This document shows, piece by piece, positions 1 through 9,630 of a DNA stretch of 64,000 nt. The position numbers and the translations under genes were made by a program. The notes beneath the pieces were generated by a model. The model had not been told where the DNA came from. It saw only the letters and a list, made by a program, of their open reading frames with translations, and did no database searches. This stretch comes from Candidatus Beckwithbacteria bacterium GW2011_GWC1_49_16 (GTDB lineage Bacteria > Patescibacteriota > Microgenomatia > UBA1400 > CG1-02-47-37), in contig CP011210.1 of assembly GCA_001029675.1 (NCBI GenBank), positions 320,193 through 384,192 on the forward strand, written 5' to 3'. How positions within the stretch are numbered: position 1 is the first letter of the stretch; each line of letters starts with the position of its first letter.

Positions 1-8
1 GTAACGAT

Positions 9-464
9 ATGACCCAGCTGGTTTTGGGTACCGACAGAGACAACCAGAAGTTGGCAGCCACCTACGACGAGCACGACCCGGCGGTGGTCAAGGCTATTTT
101 GGCGACGATATTTGCCGGTTTAAAACAAGGCAAGAAAGTGGGTTTTTGCGGCCAAGGAGTGTCGGACAGCGTGATTATTGCCGGTTTGGTGTCGATCGCC
201 GGGATTACCTCGGCTTCGGTGGTGCCGGATCGGTACTTGAAAACTAAAGAATTGATCGCCAGCCTGGAAAAGCAAAAAATCAAGGTTAAAGACTTGGGTG
301 AGTGGTTGGCAGCTAGTTTCAAGAGAAAGTATCGAGCGAGCCAAAGCGCCAAAGACGCCCTCTACGTTAATGTCGACTGGCGGGGGGTGGTAGCTTCGGC
401 GTTAAACCTTGGAGGCATCAGCAGCTTTGCGGCAGCCCAAAAGCTGATTGATAAGAGGCGATGA
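9..464 (+). CDS. PEP-utilizing enzyme C-terminal domain (PEP synthase / PPDK family), 5'-truncated by the window edge
   Basis: Conserved C-terminal TIM-barrel motifs of PEP-utilizing enzymes (GTDRDN..., VGFCGQG..., SIAGITSASVVPD) are present. The ORF runs from the window start, so only the C-terminus is visible. Confidence 0.5.
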   Translation: MTQLVLGTDRDNQKLAATYDEHDPAVVKAILATIFAGLKQGKKVGFCGQGVSDSVIIAGLVSIAGITSASVVPDRYLKTKELIASLEKQKIKVKDLGEWLAASFKRKYRASQSAKDALYVNVDWRGVVASALNLGGISSFAAAQKLIDKRR

Positions 465-1645
465 TTTCTAGCCGCGCCGAAAACTTAGAGTTTTCGCCGA
501 TTCGCAAATTAGTGCCGCTGGCTCAAGTGGCCAAAAAGCGCGGGGTGACGATTTATCATCTTAACATCGGCCAGCCGGACATTGCCTCGCCGCCAATTTT
601 TTTAAAAGGAATTAGGAGTTTCAAAGAGAAGGTGGTGGCTTACGAAAAGTCGGACGGCAGTCAAGCCCTAAAAGAGAGTTTGGTCAAGTACTACCGGCGT
701 TTGGGGCTGTCGGTAGTAAGCGACGATTTGGTGGTGACCACCGGCGGCAGCGAGGCCCTGGCGATGGCTTTTTTTATTTTGTTTTCTTCGGGTGATGAGT
801 GTTTGACTCTGGACCCGACTTATACCAACTACCTGACTTTTGCCGCTTACGCCGGTGTCAAGCTCAAGGCGGTAGTGACTAAAATTGATAACAACTTTGC
901 TTTGCCCAAAACCGACAGCATCAAAAAAGCGGTGACCAAAAAAACCCGGGGAATTATCATTACCAACCCCTCTAATCCGACCGGGGCGGTTTATCCTCAA
1001 AGGGTTTTAAGCGAGTTGGTGGATTTTTGCGTCAGGCGAAAACTTTTTATCATCGCCGACGAGACTTACCGGGAGTTTGTTTACGGTAAAACTAAATTTG
1101 TCTCGCTTTTGAGTTTCAAAAAAGCCGCCGACTGGGTGGTGTTAACCGACAGCCTGTCCAAGCGCTATTCTTTGTGCGGGGCGCGTTTGGGGATGATTGT
1201 CACTAAAAACAGACAAGTGGTGGAAGCGGCGACCAAGCTGGCCCAGGCTAGGTTAGCCAGCCCGACGATAGAGCAGGCGGCGGCCAGCAAGCTTCATCGG
1301 GTGCCGCTTAAATATTTTTCCAGGGTAAAAAGAGAGTACCAAAAAAGGCGGGATACTTTAATCGCCGGCCTGGAAAAAATTCCGGGGCTGAAAGTGAGCC
1401 ATCCCGACGGGGCCTTTTATTTAATCGCCGAGCTACCGGTCAAAAACGCCGAGGACTTTTGTAAGTTTTTGCTGACCGATTTTAGTGACAAGCGGGAAAC
1501 GGTGATGCTGGCGCCGGCCGAGGGCTTTTACGTTACTCCCAGCCTGGGGGTGAACCAAGTCAGGATCGCTTATGTCTTAAAGACCAGAGACCTGACCCGG
1601 TCTTGTGAGCTTTTGAGGTTGGCTTTGGCGCGGTATAGGGGCTGA
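461..1645 (+). CDS. PLP-dependent aminotransferase, class I/II (aspartate aminotransferase-like)
   Basis: Fold-type I aminotransferase architecture of ~390 aa. The SKRYSLCGARLGM block carries the PLP-lysine-like SK..G.R.G signature. Start codon overlaps the upstream stop by 4 bp. Confidence 0.8.
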   Translation: MISSRAENLEFSPIRKLVPLAQVAKKRGVTIYHLNIGQPDIASPPIFLKGIRSFKEKVVAYEKSDGSQALKESLVKYYRRLGLSVVSDDLVVTTGGSEALAMAFFILFSSGDECLTLDPTYTNYLTFAAYAGVKLKAVVTKIDNNFALPKTDSIKKAVTKKTRGIIITNPSNPTGAVYPQRVLSELVDFCVRRKLFIIADETYREFVYGKTKFVSLLSFKKAADWVVLTDSLSKRYSLCGARLGMIVTKNRQVVEAATKLAQARLASPTIEQAAASKLHRVPLKYFSRVKREYQKRRDTLIAGLEKIPGLKVSHPDGAFYLIAELPVKNAEDFCKFLLTDFSDKRETVMLAPAEGFYVTPSLGVNQVRIAYVLKTRDLTRSCELLRLALARYRG

Positions 1646-1661
1646 AGATGTTACAATTACG

Positions 1662-2459
1662 CTAGTTGATTGGCAAAAATATCTCAAACCTTTGTTTGAT
1701 AGGGTTAGGGTTGATTTTCCAATACACCTCGTAATCTCGAATGCCCGCTCTCACCTTATATCCTTTTAATCGACAGTATTTCTCAAGCTCTTTCCAGAAA
1801 AGTGAGAGCATGTTACCAGAGCCACGATATGTGTAAGTTATTACCTTCCCAGGACTGAATGTCATTCGCTTAACGATGCTCTTGAATTCGTTTTTGACCT
1901 TCACCCCTTCATTAGCAAAAGCACAGATTTTGATACGGCTTTCTTTGGGTCGATATCCCTGGTCTTCAAAAATAGAGAGGGTTATAAAATTATTTCTTTT
2001 ATTGGTAAACATTTTACTAAGTTCCTGACAATAACTGTCAATTTTAGCGTATGGTCCGACTTTATTGATGTAATAAACTTCAAAAGGATCTATCGTCTTA
2101 ATTTCAGGATCTACTAATGTCCCATTGCTCTGAAGATTAGAAAGGTATTGTTCTATGTTATTAAGACTAAATTTAAGACGCTCGATCTCATTTTTGATAA
2201 GATGCTTTTTTTCACTGAACAGGTTTGATAAGTTTCCTTTGTTTTTCAAATATCTTTTAATTTCTTCCAGGGATATTCCTAAAGTTGAGAGGAGTAATAT
2301 CATTTGGTAGTCCAGGACTTGCCGCTCTTGATACAGACGATAGTTAGATTGGTTGATTTTGACAGGCTTAAGAACCCCTTTCTCGTCATAAAAGTGGATA
2401 GTCCTCTTAGTCGTGCTAGCTAGCTTGGCGAGTTCGCCTGTAGTGATTAAATTGTTCAT
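1662..2459 (-). CDS. MerR-family transcriptional regulator with C-terminal GyrI-like effector-binding domain (BmrR/AraC-E type)
   Basis: N-terminal MerR helix-turn-helix (TTGELAKLASTTKRTIHFYDEKGVL) followed by a coiled-coil linker and a GyrI-like small-molecule-binding C-terminal half. The gene is AT-rich relative to its flanks. Confidence 0.75.
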   Translation of the reverse strand: MNNLITTGELAKLASTTKRTIHFYDEKGVLKPVKINQSNYRLYQERQVLDYQMILLLSTLGISLEEIKRYLKNKGNLSNLFSEKKHLIKNEIERLKFSLNNIEQYLSNLQSNGTLVDPEIKTIDPFEVYYINKVGPYAKIDSYCQELSKMFTNKRNNFITLSIFEDQGYRPKESRIKICAFANEGVKVKNEFKSIVKRMTFSPGKVITYTYRGSGNMLSLFWKELEKYCRLKGYKVRAGIRDYEVYWKINPNPIKQRFEIFLPIN

Positions 2460-2462
2460 TAT

Positions 2463-2494
2463 TTGACAATAACGTAACGTTATACTTTATGATA
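2463..2494 (+). promoter_or_regulatory. MerR-type promoter/operator: TTGACA, long spacer containing perfect 7-1-7 inverted repeat ATAACGT-A-ACGTTAT (2469-2483), TATGAT
   Basis: The palindrome lies between the divergently transcribed MerR-like regulator and the UvrA-like gene. A -35 TTGACA (2463-2468) and a -10-like TATGAT (2489-2494) give a ~20-bp spacer typical of MerR-regulated promoters. Confidence 0.4.
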
Positions 2495-2510
2495 GCCTAT
2501 AACTTACTAA

Positions 2511-4772
2511 GTGTCAAATATGATGAACTCAATAAATATAAAAGGCGCTCGAGAGAATAATCTCAAAGGTATAGACGTCACCATTCCTAGAAACAAGATT
2601 GTATGTCTGGTAGGTGTATCTGGGTCGGGAAAGTCTACTATCGCTTTTGACATCATCGCCAGAGAGGGAGAAAGGCAGTATTTTGAATCCTTACCTTCCT
2701 ACGCTAGAAGATATCTCCATAAGAGCAATAGACCAGAAGTTGACGATATTAAGGGAGTTTCAGCTTCGATTGTGATAAGTCAAGATCGAGTAAGGGGTAA
2801 TCCGAGATCAACTGTTGGAACGCTTACGGAGGCTTATACCTATTTGCGCTTATTGTACTCGCGGGTCGGTTTGCCTTCGATGGACTCGTTCTACTATTCT
2901 TTTAATCACCCTTACGGTGCCTGTAAGAAATGCAAAGGTTTAGGTCGGGCGGTTGAAGCTAATGTCGATAAAATTTTGGACAAAAATAAAAGTCTTAACG
3001 AGGGCGCCTTAATCCCCAAAGAATGGTATGTGGGTGGTAGGCAATGGAGTATTATTAGGGCCAGTCGTTACTTTGACATGGACGAAAAATTGAAAGACTT
3101 CAGTGATTATGAGTTGGATAAACTGTTGTTTGCGCCGCCGGAAATGCTGGAATCGGACGGCGAGTATATTGTTGACCGATGGACCTTTCAGGGGATTGTC
3201 TACCGGATCCAACATAGAAATACCAAAGTCCACCGCGGACCATCCAAGCGGGACTTGCAGTATTTTGATTTTGTCGATTGCCCAGAATGCCATGGTGGTC
3301 GTCTTAATGAGAAGGCTTTAGCTGTTCGAATAAATGGCAAGAGTATAAGTGAGGCAGGCAACATGCCATTAGAGGAATGTTTTACATTTGTTAGAAGCAT
3401 TGATCATATAAATGCTAGAGTTATAAAGCCAAGATTGGAAGAGCAACTTCAAAGTTTGATCAACATTGGTGTTGGTTATTTGTCCTTAAATAGATCTGCA
3501 GACACATTATCAGGGGGTGAAGCTCAGAGAGTAAAAATGGCAAGGCAATTGAGCTGTGATTTGATTGAGAGTGTATATGTTCTTGATGAGCCAACAGCCG
3601 GTCTTCATCCGCGAGATGTAGCCAAAGTGGTTCAGAATCTAAAAAGACTACGAGACAATGGTAATAGTGTCATAGTGGTTGAACATGATGAAGCGGTAAT
3701 AAGAAACGCAGATCATTTAGTGGAAATTGGACCAGGCGGAGGCAAAAAAGGTGGGGAAATTGTAGCGGAAGGGAAAATTGGCAATTTGATAGCCAGCCCT
3801 AGGTCATTGACGGGAAAGTATCTAGAGGGAGATAAGAAAATTGAAGCAAAGAGAGGCTACAGAAAAGCTTTGGGCTACTTAAAAGTAACGAATGCGACTA
3901 GACACAATTTAAAGAATTTGAATATAGATATCCCTACAGGTGTCTTAGTAGCCCTGACGGGAGTATCAGGTTCGGGCAAGAGCTCACTGGTTGAAGAGGT
4001 TCTAAATCAGCACAGGAGTAAGGTCATTTTAATTGATCAGGGTCAAGTTGGAGCTAATAAGAGAGGTTGTATTGCCACTTATGTGGGAGGATTTGACAGA
4101 ATTAGAAAGTATTTTGCTGACGAGCACAGAATGCGCCCAAGTTTTTTTAGCTTTAACTCTCAGGGACGTTGTGAGCTCTGTAAAGGTTTAGGCTTTATCG
4201 AGATGGATATGAATTTTTTAGGAGACGTCAAGATAAGGTGCGAAAGTTGTGGTGGTTCAAGATATAAAGAAAAAGTTTTGAGATACAAATATAAGGGTAA
4301 GAACATAGCTGAAGTTTTGTCTATGACAGCTGCTGAAATAAGAGATTTTTTTGATAGCCAAGAAATAAAAGAACAAATGGGCTTGCTTGACGAAGTCGGG
4401 TTGGATTATATGGAGATGGGACAAACTCTAGACACTTTATCAGGAGGAGAATCGCAAAGGTTAAAATTAGCCAGCAAGTTGCAAGCAAAAGGAGAGTTTT
4501 ATATCTTAGACGAACCTACTTCTGGTTTACATTTTGCTGATGTTGAAAAATTGCTAAATCTTTTAAATAGGCTTGTTGATAGTGGCAACACTGTCTTGGT
4601 AGTTGAACACAATCTCGACGTGATTAAAAATGCCGATTGGGTTATTGATCTGGGTCCAGAAGGAGGGGAAAAAGGAGGTCGGGTTGTAGCCCAAGGGAAA
4701 CCGGTTAAGATAAGTGGTAGCAACCAATCTCACACCGGAACATGTTTGAAGGAAGTCTTGAAAAATGGTTAA
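2511..4772 (+). CDS. UvrA-like double ABC ATPase paralog (truncated, class II/III UvrA; DrrC/Ecm16-like)
   Basis: Two ABC modules carry Walker A GVSGSGKST/GVSGSGKSS and signatures LSGGEAQR/LSGGESQR. CxxC zinc modules are present (CKKCKGLG, CPECHGG, CELCKGLG, CESCGG). At 753 aa it is well short of canonical ~940-aa UvrA, implying loss of the UvrB-binding/insertion domains. AT-rich. Confidence 0.85.
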   Translation: MSNMMNSINIKGARENNLKGIDVTIPRNKIVCLVGVSGSGKSTIAFDIIAREGERQYFESLPSYARRYLHKSNRPEVDDIKGVSASIVISQDRVRGNPRSTVGTLTEAYTYLRLLYSRVGLPSMDSFYYSFNHPYGACKKCKGLGRAVEANVDKILDKNKSLNEGALIPKEWYVGGRQWSIIRASRYFDMDEKLKDFSDYELDKLLFAPPEMLESDGEYIVDRWTFQGIVYRIQHRNTKVHRGPSKRDLQYFDFVDCPECHGGRLNEKALAVRINGKSISEAGNMPLEECFTFVRSIDHINARVIKPRLEEQLQSLINIGVGYLSLNRSADTLSGGEAQRVKMARQLSCDLIESVYVLDEPTAGLHPRDVAKVVQNLKRLRDNGNSVIVVEHDEAVIRNADHLVEIGPGGGKKGGEIVAEGKIGNLIASPRSLTGKYLEGDKKIEAKRGYRKALGYLKVTNATRHNLKNLNIDIPTGVLVALTGVSGSGKSSLVEEVLNQHRSKVILIDQGQVGANKRGCIATYVGGFDRIRKYFADEHRMRPSFFSFNSQGRCELCKGLGFIEMDMNFLGDVKIRCESCGGSRYKEKVLRYKYKGKNIAEVLSMTAAEIRDFFDSQEIKEQMGLLDEVGLDYMEMGQTLDTLSGGESQRLKLASKLQAKGEFYILDEPTSGLHFADVEKLLNLLNRLVDSGNTVLVVEHNLDVIKNADWVIDLGPEGGEKGGRVVAQGKPVKISGSNQSHTGTCLKEVLKNG

Positions 4773-4825
4773 TACTTTTTCTGCATGGTTTTTAATATTG
4801 TTCAAGACTGCTAGAATAGTTTAGT

Positions 4826-5869
4826 ATGTCGCTATCGATTGGGATTGTCGGTTTGCCGAACGTGGGGAAATCCACGCTTTTCAACGCGCTTTTGAAAAGG
4901 GCGGTTGCCGACGTCGGGGACTACCCTTTTACCACGGTCGAGCCCAACACCGGCGTAGTGGAAGTGCCCGATGAAAGGCTAACTAAACTGGCAGATGCTT
5001 TGAAAATCGAGAAACGGGTGCCGGCGGCGGTGAAGTTTTATGACATTGCCGGTTTGGTCAAGGGAGCCCACGAGGGCGAAGGCCTGGGCAACCAGTTTTT
5101 GGGGCACATCAGGCAAGTGGACGCGATTTTGCACCTGGTGCGGGGATTTTCGGCGGAGAAAGTGCCCCACGTTTCCGGCCGGGTAGACCCGGTCCATGAC
5201 TTGGCCACGGTAAACTTGGAGTTGACTTTGGCAGATTTTGAAATCGTCTCTAGAGCGGTGAATGAAACCAGGGGGGACAAAGATAGACTGGCGGTTTTGG
5301 AAAAGCTTTACGGGGCATTAAAGCAAGGCAAGCTAGCCCGGGAGGCGGATTTAACCGACGAAGAGCAGGTTGCCGTAGCCGACCTGAATCTGTTAACCCT
5401 AAAGCCGGTGCTTTATGTTTTGAACCTCGACGAGGCAGCGGTAGAGGGCGGAGCGGAAGTTAAGGGTTTACCGGAGGTGATGCTGATTTCGGCTAAGCTT
5501 GAAGCGGAGATCAATGAATTAGCTGAGAAAGAGCGGGACGAGTATTTAAAAGAGCTGAAGCAAGACGAACCCTTTTTAGACAGGCTGATTAAGCGTTGCT
5601 ACAGTTTACTTGATTTAATCACCTTTTTTACGGTCAAAGGCGGTAAACAAGCCCAGGCCTGGCCCCTGAAGCGTGACGGGACGGCCCTGGAGGCGGCCGA
5701 GGTGGTGCACACTGATTTTGCCAAGAATTTTATCAAGGCCGGAGTGATTTTATGGCAGGATTTGGTCAGGTCCGGCGGTTGGGTGACTGCCAGAAAAAAA
5801 GGGCTGGTAAAAGCGGCGGGAAAAGGGTATATACTAAAAGACGGTGAAGTAGTAGAATTCTTTACATGA
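4826..5869 (+). CDS. ychF: Ribosome-binding ATPase YchF (Obg-family GTPase)
   Basis: G1 motif IVGLPNVGKSTLFNAL, YchF-type N-terminal G-domain and C-terminal TGS-like domain (KGYILKDGEVVEF). Confidence 0.9.
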   Translation: MSLSIGIVGLPNVGKSTLFNALLKRAVADVGDYPFTTVEPNTGVVEVPDERLTKLADALKIEKRVPAAVKFYDIAGLVKGAHEGEGLGNQFLGHIRQVDAILHLVRGFSAEKVPHVSGRVDPVHDLATVNLELTLADFEIVSRAVNETRGDKDRLAVLEKLYGALKQGKLAREADLTDEEQVAVADLNLLTLKPVLYVLNLDEAAVEGGAEVKGLPEVMLISAKLEAEINELAEKERDEYLKELKQDEPFLDRLIKRCYSLLDLITFFTVKGGKQAQAWPLKRDGTALEAAEVVHTDFAKNFIKAGVILWQDLVRSGGWVTARKKGLVKAAGKGYILKDGEVVEFFT

Positions 5870-6144
5870 GAAAGTATGAACTAGCCTTGGTGTTTAACGA
5901 CACGGCAGGGAGTCAAAGCAGTCGCAAAAAATTTCTCACCGAGCTTTTGACTCCAATAAAAGGCAAGCTAGAAAAATTCGAGGTGGTCGGTTTACGGGAC
6001 TTGGCTTATCCGATTAAAGGCAAGACCCGCGGCTGGTATGGCTTTGGGGAAATTTCAGTCGAAGAGGATAAAATAAATGAGCTTGATAAAGCGATTAAAT
6101 TGAAAGATGACATATTAAGATATTTACTAATAAGGAGGGACTAG
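5866..6144 (+). CDS. rpsF: 30S ribosomal protein S6
   Basis: MRKYELALVF start typical of S6, ~92 aa, and first gene of the conserved rpsF-ssb-rpsR arrangement. Confidence 0.85.
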   Translation: MRKYELALVFNDTAGSQSSRKKFLTELLTPIKGKLEKFEVVGLRDLAYPIKGKTRGWYGFGEISVEEDKINELDKAIKLKDDILRYLLIRRD

Positions 6145-6148
6145 GTTT

Positions 6149-6730
6149 ATGTCCTCAAGATCTTTAAATCGGGTGACGTTGATTGGTAATCTGACCCGAG
6201 ATCCAGAACTGCGATATACCCCCCAAGGGACGCCGGTGTGCACCTTTGGTTTGGCCACCAACAGAAGTTGGCAGCCGTCAAGCGGCGGCGAGCGACAGGA
6301 GGAGACAGAGTTTCACCGGATCGTGGCTTGGAACAAGCTGGCAGAACTCTGCGCCGAGTTGTTGTTTAAAGGCCGAAAAGTGTTTGTGGCCGGAAGATTA
6401 CAGACCAGAAACTGGCAGGCGGCCGACGGCACCGAGCGGACGACGGTGGAGATAGTCATCGACAACATGATTGTCTTGGACTCCAAGCGGAAAGACGGTC
6501 AGGGTTACGCCCAGGGTGACGGCGATTACGCCGACGAGCAGGCGGCGGCATCCAGCCCGCCCCAGGGTGACGACGTGCCCTACGACGACCTGGAACAGGG
6601 GGAGGCGGCGGCCGAGGAAAAGGCCAAACCGGCCCAGGGAAAGTCAGCTAAGCCACCGGTCAAAAAAGCCCAGCCAAAGGCTGATGATACCAAAGACGAG
6701 GAGGTCAACCCCGACGACATTCCTTTTTAA
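6149..6730 (+). CDS. ssb: Single-stranded DNA-binding protein
   Basis: OB-fold N-terminus (VTLIGNLTRDPELRYTPQGTPV), Gly/acidic-rich tail ending in the canonical DDIPF. Confidence 0.9.
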   Translation: MSSRSLNRVTLIGNLTRDPELRYTPQGTPVCTFGLATNRSWQPSSGGERQEETEFHRIVAWNKLAELCAELLFKGRKVFVAGRLQTRNWQAADGTERTTVEIVIDNMIVLDSKRKDGQGYAQGDGDYADEQAAASSPPQGDDVPYDDLEQGEAAAEEKAKPAQGKSAKPPVKKAQPKADDTKDEEVNPDDIPF

Positions 6731-6747
6731 AGGTAACTGATTAAGCC

Positions 6748-6954
6748 ATGCCGATTAAAAAATTAAAGTGCTATTTTTGCCAAAACAAGACGGCTCCCAA
6801 CTATCGGGAGTTTGAAGTTTTGGCAAAGTTTACCAGCGATCGAGGCAAGATTGTGGCTCGAATCCGAAGCGGAGCTTGCGCTAAGCATCAACGCCGGCTG
6901 GTCGCCGAGATTAAAAGGGCACGACATTTAGCCTTGTTACCGTTTGTGGTTTAA
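6748..6954 (+). CDS. rpsR: 30S ribosomal protein S18
   Basis: CYFCQ...YREFEVLAKFTSDRGKI...RITGLCAKHQR-like S18 signature, 68 aa, downstream of ssb. Confidence 0.9.
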   Translation: MPIKKLKCYFCQNKTAPNYREFEVLAKFTSDRGKIVARIRSGACAKHQRRLVAEIKRARHLALLPFVV

Positions 6955-8197
6955 GATGCGTTTTAGAGTACCTTTGACCAAGTTAAGAGGTTTGATTTTA
7001 GGCGTTGCCTTGGTGCTTTTGTCTTTCTGGTTAGGCTGGAGGGTGGGGAGCGTCGGGGGGAAGCCGAGCCTGCAAGGGGTCAAAGAGGTTTTGGTCGACC
7101 GGACGCAGCCAGAGAGTCGGGCCCAAATTGACATGCTGCTTTTCTGGCAGGTGTGGGACACGTTGGAACAAAAATACCTAAACGACGAGGATATCAAGCC
7201 GCAAGAGATGGTCTGGGGGGCAATCGCCGGCATGACTAAGGCTTTGGGTGATCCCTACACCGTATTTTTACCGCCCAAGGAACAGGAAGCCAGTCAAGAG
7301 GAATTAAACGGAACCTTTGAGGGTGTGGGGATTCAATTGGGTTTTAAAGATGAGGTGTTGGCAGTGATCGCACCCTTGTCGGGGATGCCGGCCGAGGCGG
7401 CGGGGGTTAAAGCGGGAGATTTGATTCTACACATTAAGGATGAAAATCGCGGAGTGGATACTGATACTCTGGATATGTCTTTACCCAAAGCAGTGGATAC
7501 GATTCGCGGCCCCAAGGGTACGGCGGTGATCTTGACGCTGCTTCATCAAGGTAAGGTTGATCCGGTGGAGATTGCCATCGTTAGAGACACAATTTTGATT
7601 GCCAGCGTCGAGCTTGATTGGCTTGAGGGCGAGTCGGTGGCTCATCTTAAACTGATGCGCTTTGGCGGCAATACCGACAGCGAGTGGGACGAGGTGGTGG
7701 CGCAAATTGCGGCGCGACAAAATCAAATCCGCGGAGTGGTTTTGGATTTGAGAAACAATCCGGGAGGATTTTTGGACGGAGCGATTCGCTATTCGGGGGA
7801 GTTTTTAGACAGAGGCTTGGTAGTGGTTAAACAAGAAGACGCTGCCGGTTCGATTGAAAGCTACAGCGTTCAGACTCAAGGAAAGCTTAGCGGTGTCCCT
7901 TTGGTGGTGTTGGTAAATGGAGGCAGCGCTTCGTCTTCCGAGATTATGGCGGGTGCTTTGCGAGACCATAACCGGGCGAAACTGGTAGGAGAAAACACTT
8001 TTGGCAAGGGGACGATTCAGGAAGCTTTGGAGTTGTCGGGAGGCGCGGGTTTACACGTCACCACGGCTCAATGGTTGTTGCCCTCTGGGGAAAACATTAG
8101 CCAGGAAGGGTTGGCGCCGCAAGTGGAAGCCAAAGACGATCCGGAAACAGAAGACGTTGACGAACAACTTAACCAGGCGGTGGGGGAATTAAAATGA
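6944..8197 (+). CDS. ctpA: Carboxyl-terminal processing protease (S41 family)
   Basis: N-terminal membrane anchor, PDZ region, and S41 catalytic block LVNGGSASSSEIMAGAL...GENTFGKGTIQ. True start may be the second Met (6956), because the first overlaps rpsR. Confidence 0.85.
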   Translation: MWFKMRFRVPLTKLRGLILGVALVLLSFWLGWRVGSVGGKPSLQGVKEVLVDRTQPESRAQIDMLLFWQVWDTLEQKYLNDEDIKPQEMVWGAIAGMTKALGDPYTVFLPPKEQEASQEELNGTFEGVGIQLGFKDEVLAVIAPLSGMPAEAAGVKAGDLILHIKDENRGVDTDTLDMSLPKAVDTIRGPKGTAVILTLLHQGKVDPVEIAIVRDTILIASVELDWLEGESVAHLKLMRFGGNTDSEWDEVVAQIAARQNQIRGVVLDLRNNPGGFLDGAIRYSGEFLDRGLVVVKQEDAAGSIESYSVQTQGKLSGVPLVVLVNGGSASSSEIMAGALRDHNRAKLVGENTFGKGTIQEALELSGGAGLHVTTAQWLLPSGENISQEGLAPQVEAKDDPETEDVDEQLNQAVGELK

Positions 8198-8568
8198 AAG
8201 TAATTATTAAAAAAACCGGCGAAGTCAAAGAGGTGTCGTTGGGTCATGCCGTTAATTTTCTGCTTCCTCAAGGGTTGGCGCTAGTGGCGACAAAAAAGAA
8301 ACTCAAAGAGCTTGAGTCGAACCGGGAAGCGGAAAGGAAAGCTAAGCAAGTTGACAAAGTTGACCTGCGTCGCCAGGCGGAAAAAATCGACGGCAAAGTG
8401 GTAGAGTTTGAACAGGGGAGTATTAGCAAAAAAGACATCGCCGATAAATTAAAGATTGATAAAAATTACGTGGTTTTAGGTAAAGCGATCAAGAAGCCAG
8501 GAGAGTATGAAGTTAAACTTGCCTTTGGAAAGTCAGTCGCTAAAGTAAAAGTCAAGGTAAAAGATTAA
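8194..8568 (+). CDS. rplI: 50S ribosomal protein L9
   Basis: MKVIIKKTGEVKEVSLGHAVNFLLPQGLA is a typical L9 N-domain; 124 aa. Confidence 0.85.
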   Translation: MKVIIKKTGEVKEVSLGHAVNFLLPQGLALVATKKKLKELESNREAERKAKQVDKVDLRRQAEKIDGKVVEFEQGSISKKDIADKLKIDKNYVVLGKAIKKPGEYEVKLAFGKSVAKVKVKVKD

Positions 8569-9630
8569 ATGAGAAGGAAACTTTTATGGTTGGCGGCAAT
8601 CGTAGTGGTGGCGGTGTCGATTTTGGGCGGGGCGATCGGCGACAGACTCTTGGGCTATAGCCTGCTTGATCGCTGGTTTCCCAGGCAAAAGCAAACCGAC
8701 CGTGAGGTAGTCAGGGAAGTGTTAAAAGAAGAAAACGCGGTGGTGGCGGTGGTGGATAAAGTGACGCCCTCGGTGGTGACGGTGCGGGTTAAACAAGATG
8801 TCGGTTCCGGCTTTATCATCGATGAGGCGGGTTTGGTGGTGACCAACCGCCACGTGGTGGACGACCCGACCGCCGAGTACCAAGTGGTTACCGCTGACGA
8901 TCGGGAACTCTCGGTGACGAAAATTTACCGAGACCCGGCTAACGATTTGGCGATTTTACAGGTAGACCCTTCGGCAGGGTTAAAGTCCGTCGAACTGGGG
9001 GATTCAGACCAACTTAGGGTCGGCCAAGTGGTGATTGCCATCGGTACGGCTCTGGGCGAGTTTCGTTCGACCGTGACCACAGGAGTGATTTCGGGTCTGG
9101 GCCGGGGAATTAACGCCGGATCGCCCTTAGGTAATTTAACCGAAAGGTTGGATAACGTCATCCAAACCGACGCGGCCATCAACCCGGGTAATTCCGGCGG
9201 GCCGCTTTTAAACTCTCTGGGGCAAGTCATCGGGGTCAACGTCGCCGTCTCCCAAGCCGGAGAGAATATCGGCTTTGCTTTGCCGATCAACGTGGTGCGC
9301 GACTCGATTGACAACTTTAACGCTACGGGTAAGTTTTCCCGGCCGTTTTTGGGGGTACGCTATCAGATGTTGTCTTCAAGGATGGCGATTTTAAACAACG
9401 TGCCCCAAGGAGCCTATGTCGTCGAAGTGGTGGTGGATTCACCGGCGGAAAAAGCCGGGGTAAAAGAGAATGACATTATTATTGAGATCAACGGCGAGAA
9501 TTTGACCGATGAAAGCACCTTGGCGACAGTGGTAAACGGGAAAAAAGTAGACGAAACGGTGGAGCTGACTGTTTATCGGGACGGGGAAACGTTTAAGCTG
9601 ACGGCGAAGCTGGCGGAAGCTGGCGAGTGA
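8569..9630 (+). CDS. HtrA/DegP-family serine protease (trypsin-like domain + PDZ)
   Basis: N-terminal TM segment, catalytic His/Asp/Ser blocks including GNSGGPLLNSLGQVIGVN, C-terminal PDZ. Confidence 0.85.
   Translation: MRRKLLWLAAIVVVAVSILGGAIGDRLLGYSLLDRWFPRQKQTDREVVREVLKEENAVVAVVDKVTPSVVTVRVKQDVGSGFIIDEAGLVVTNRHVVDDPTAEYQVVTADDRELSVTKIYRDPANDLAILQVDPSAGLKSVELGDSDQLRVGQVVIAIGTALGEFRSTVTTGVISGLGRGINAGSPLGNLTERLDNVIQTDAAINPGNSGGPLLNSLGQVIGVNVAVSQAGENIGFALPINVVRDSIDNFNATGKFSRPFLGVRYQMLSSRMAILNNVPQGAYVVEVVVDSPAEKAGVKENDIIIEINGENLTDESTLATVVNGKKVDETVELTVYRDGETFKLTAKLAEAGE

Noticed and set aside
6246-6740. Alternative-frame ORFs (69 and 89 aa) inside ssb
   Set aside because: They overlap the well-supported ssb reading frame on the same strand, and the Arg/Pro-rich translations are typical of out-of-frame reading of GC-rich codons.
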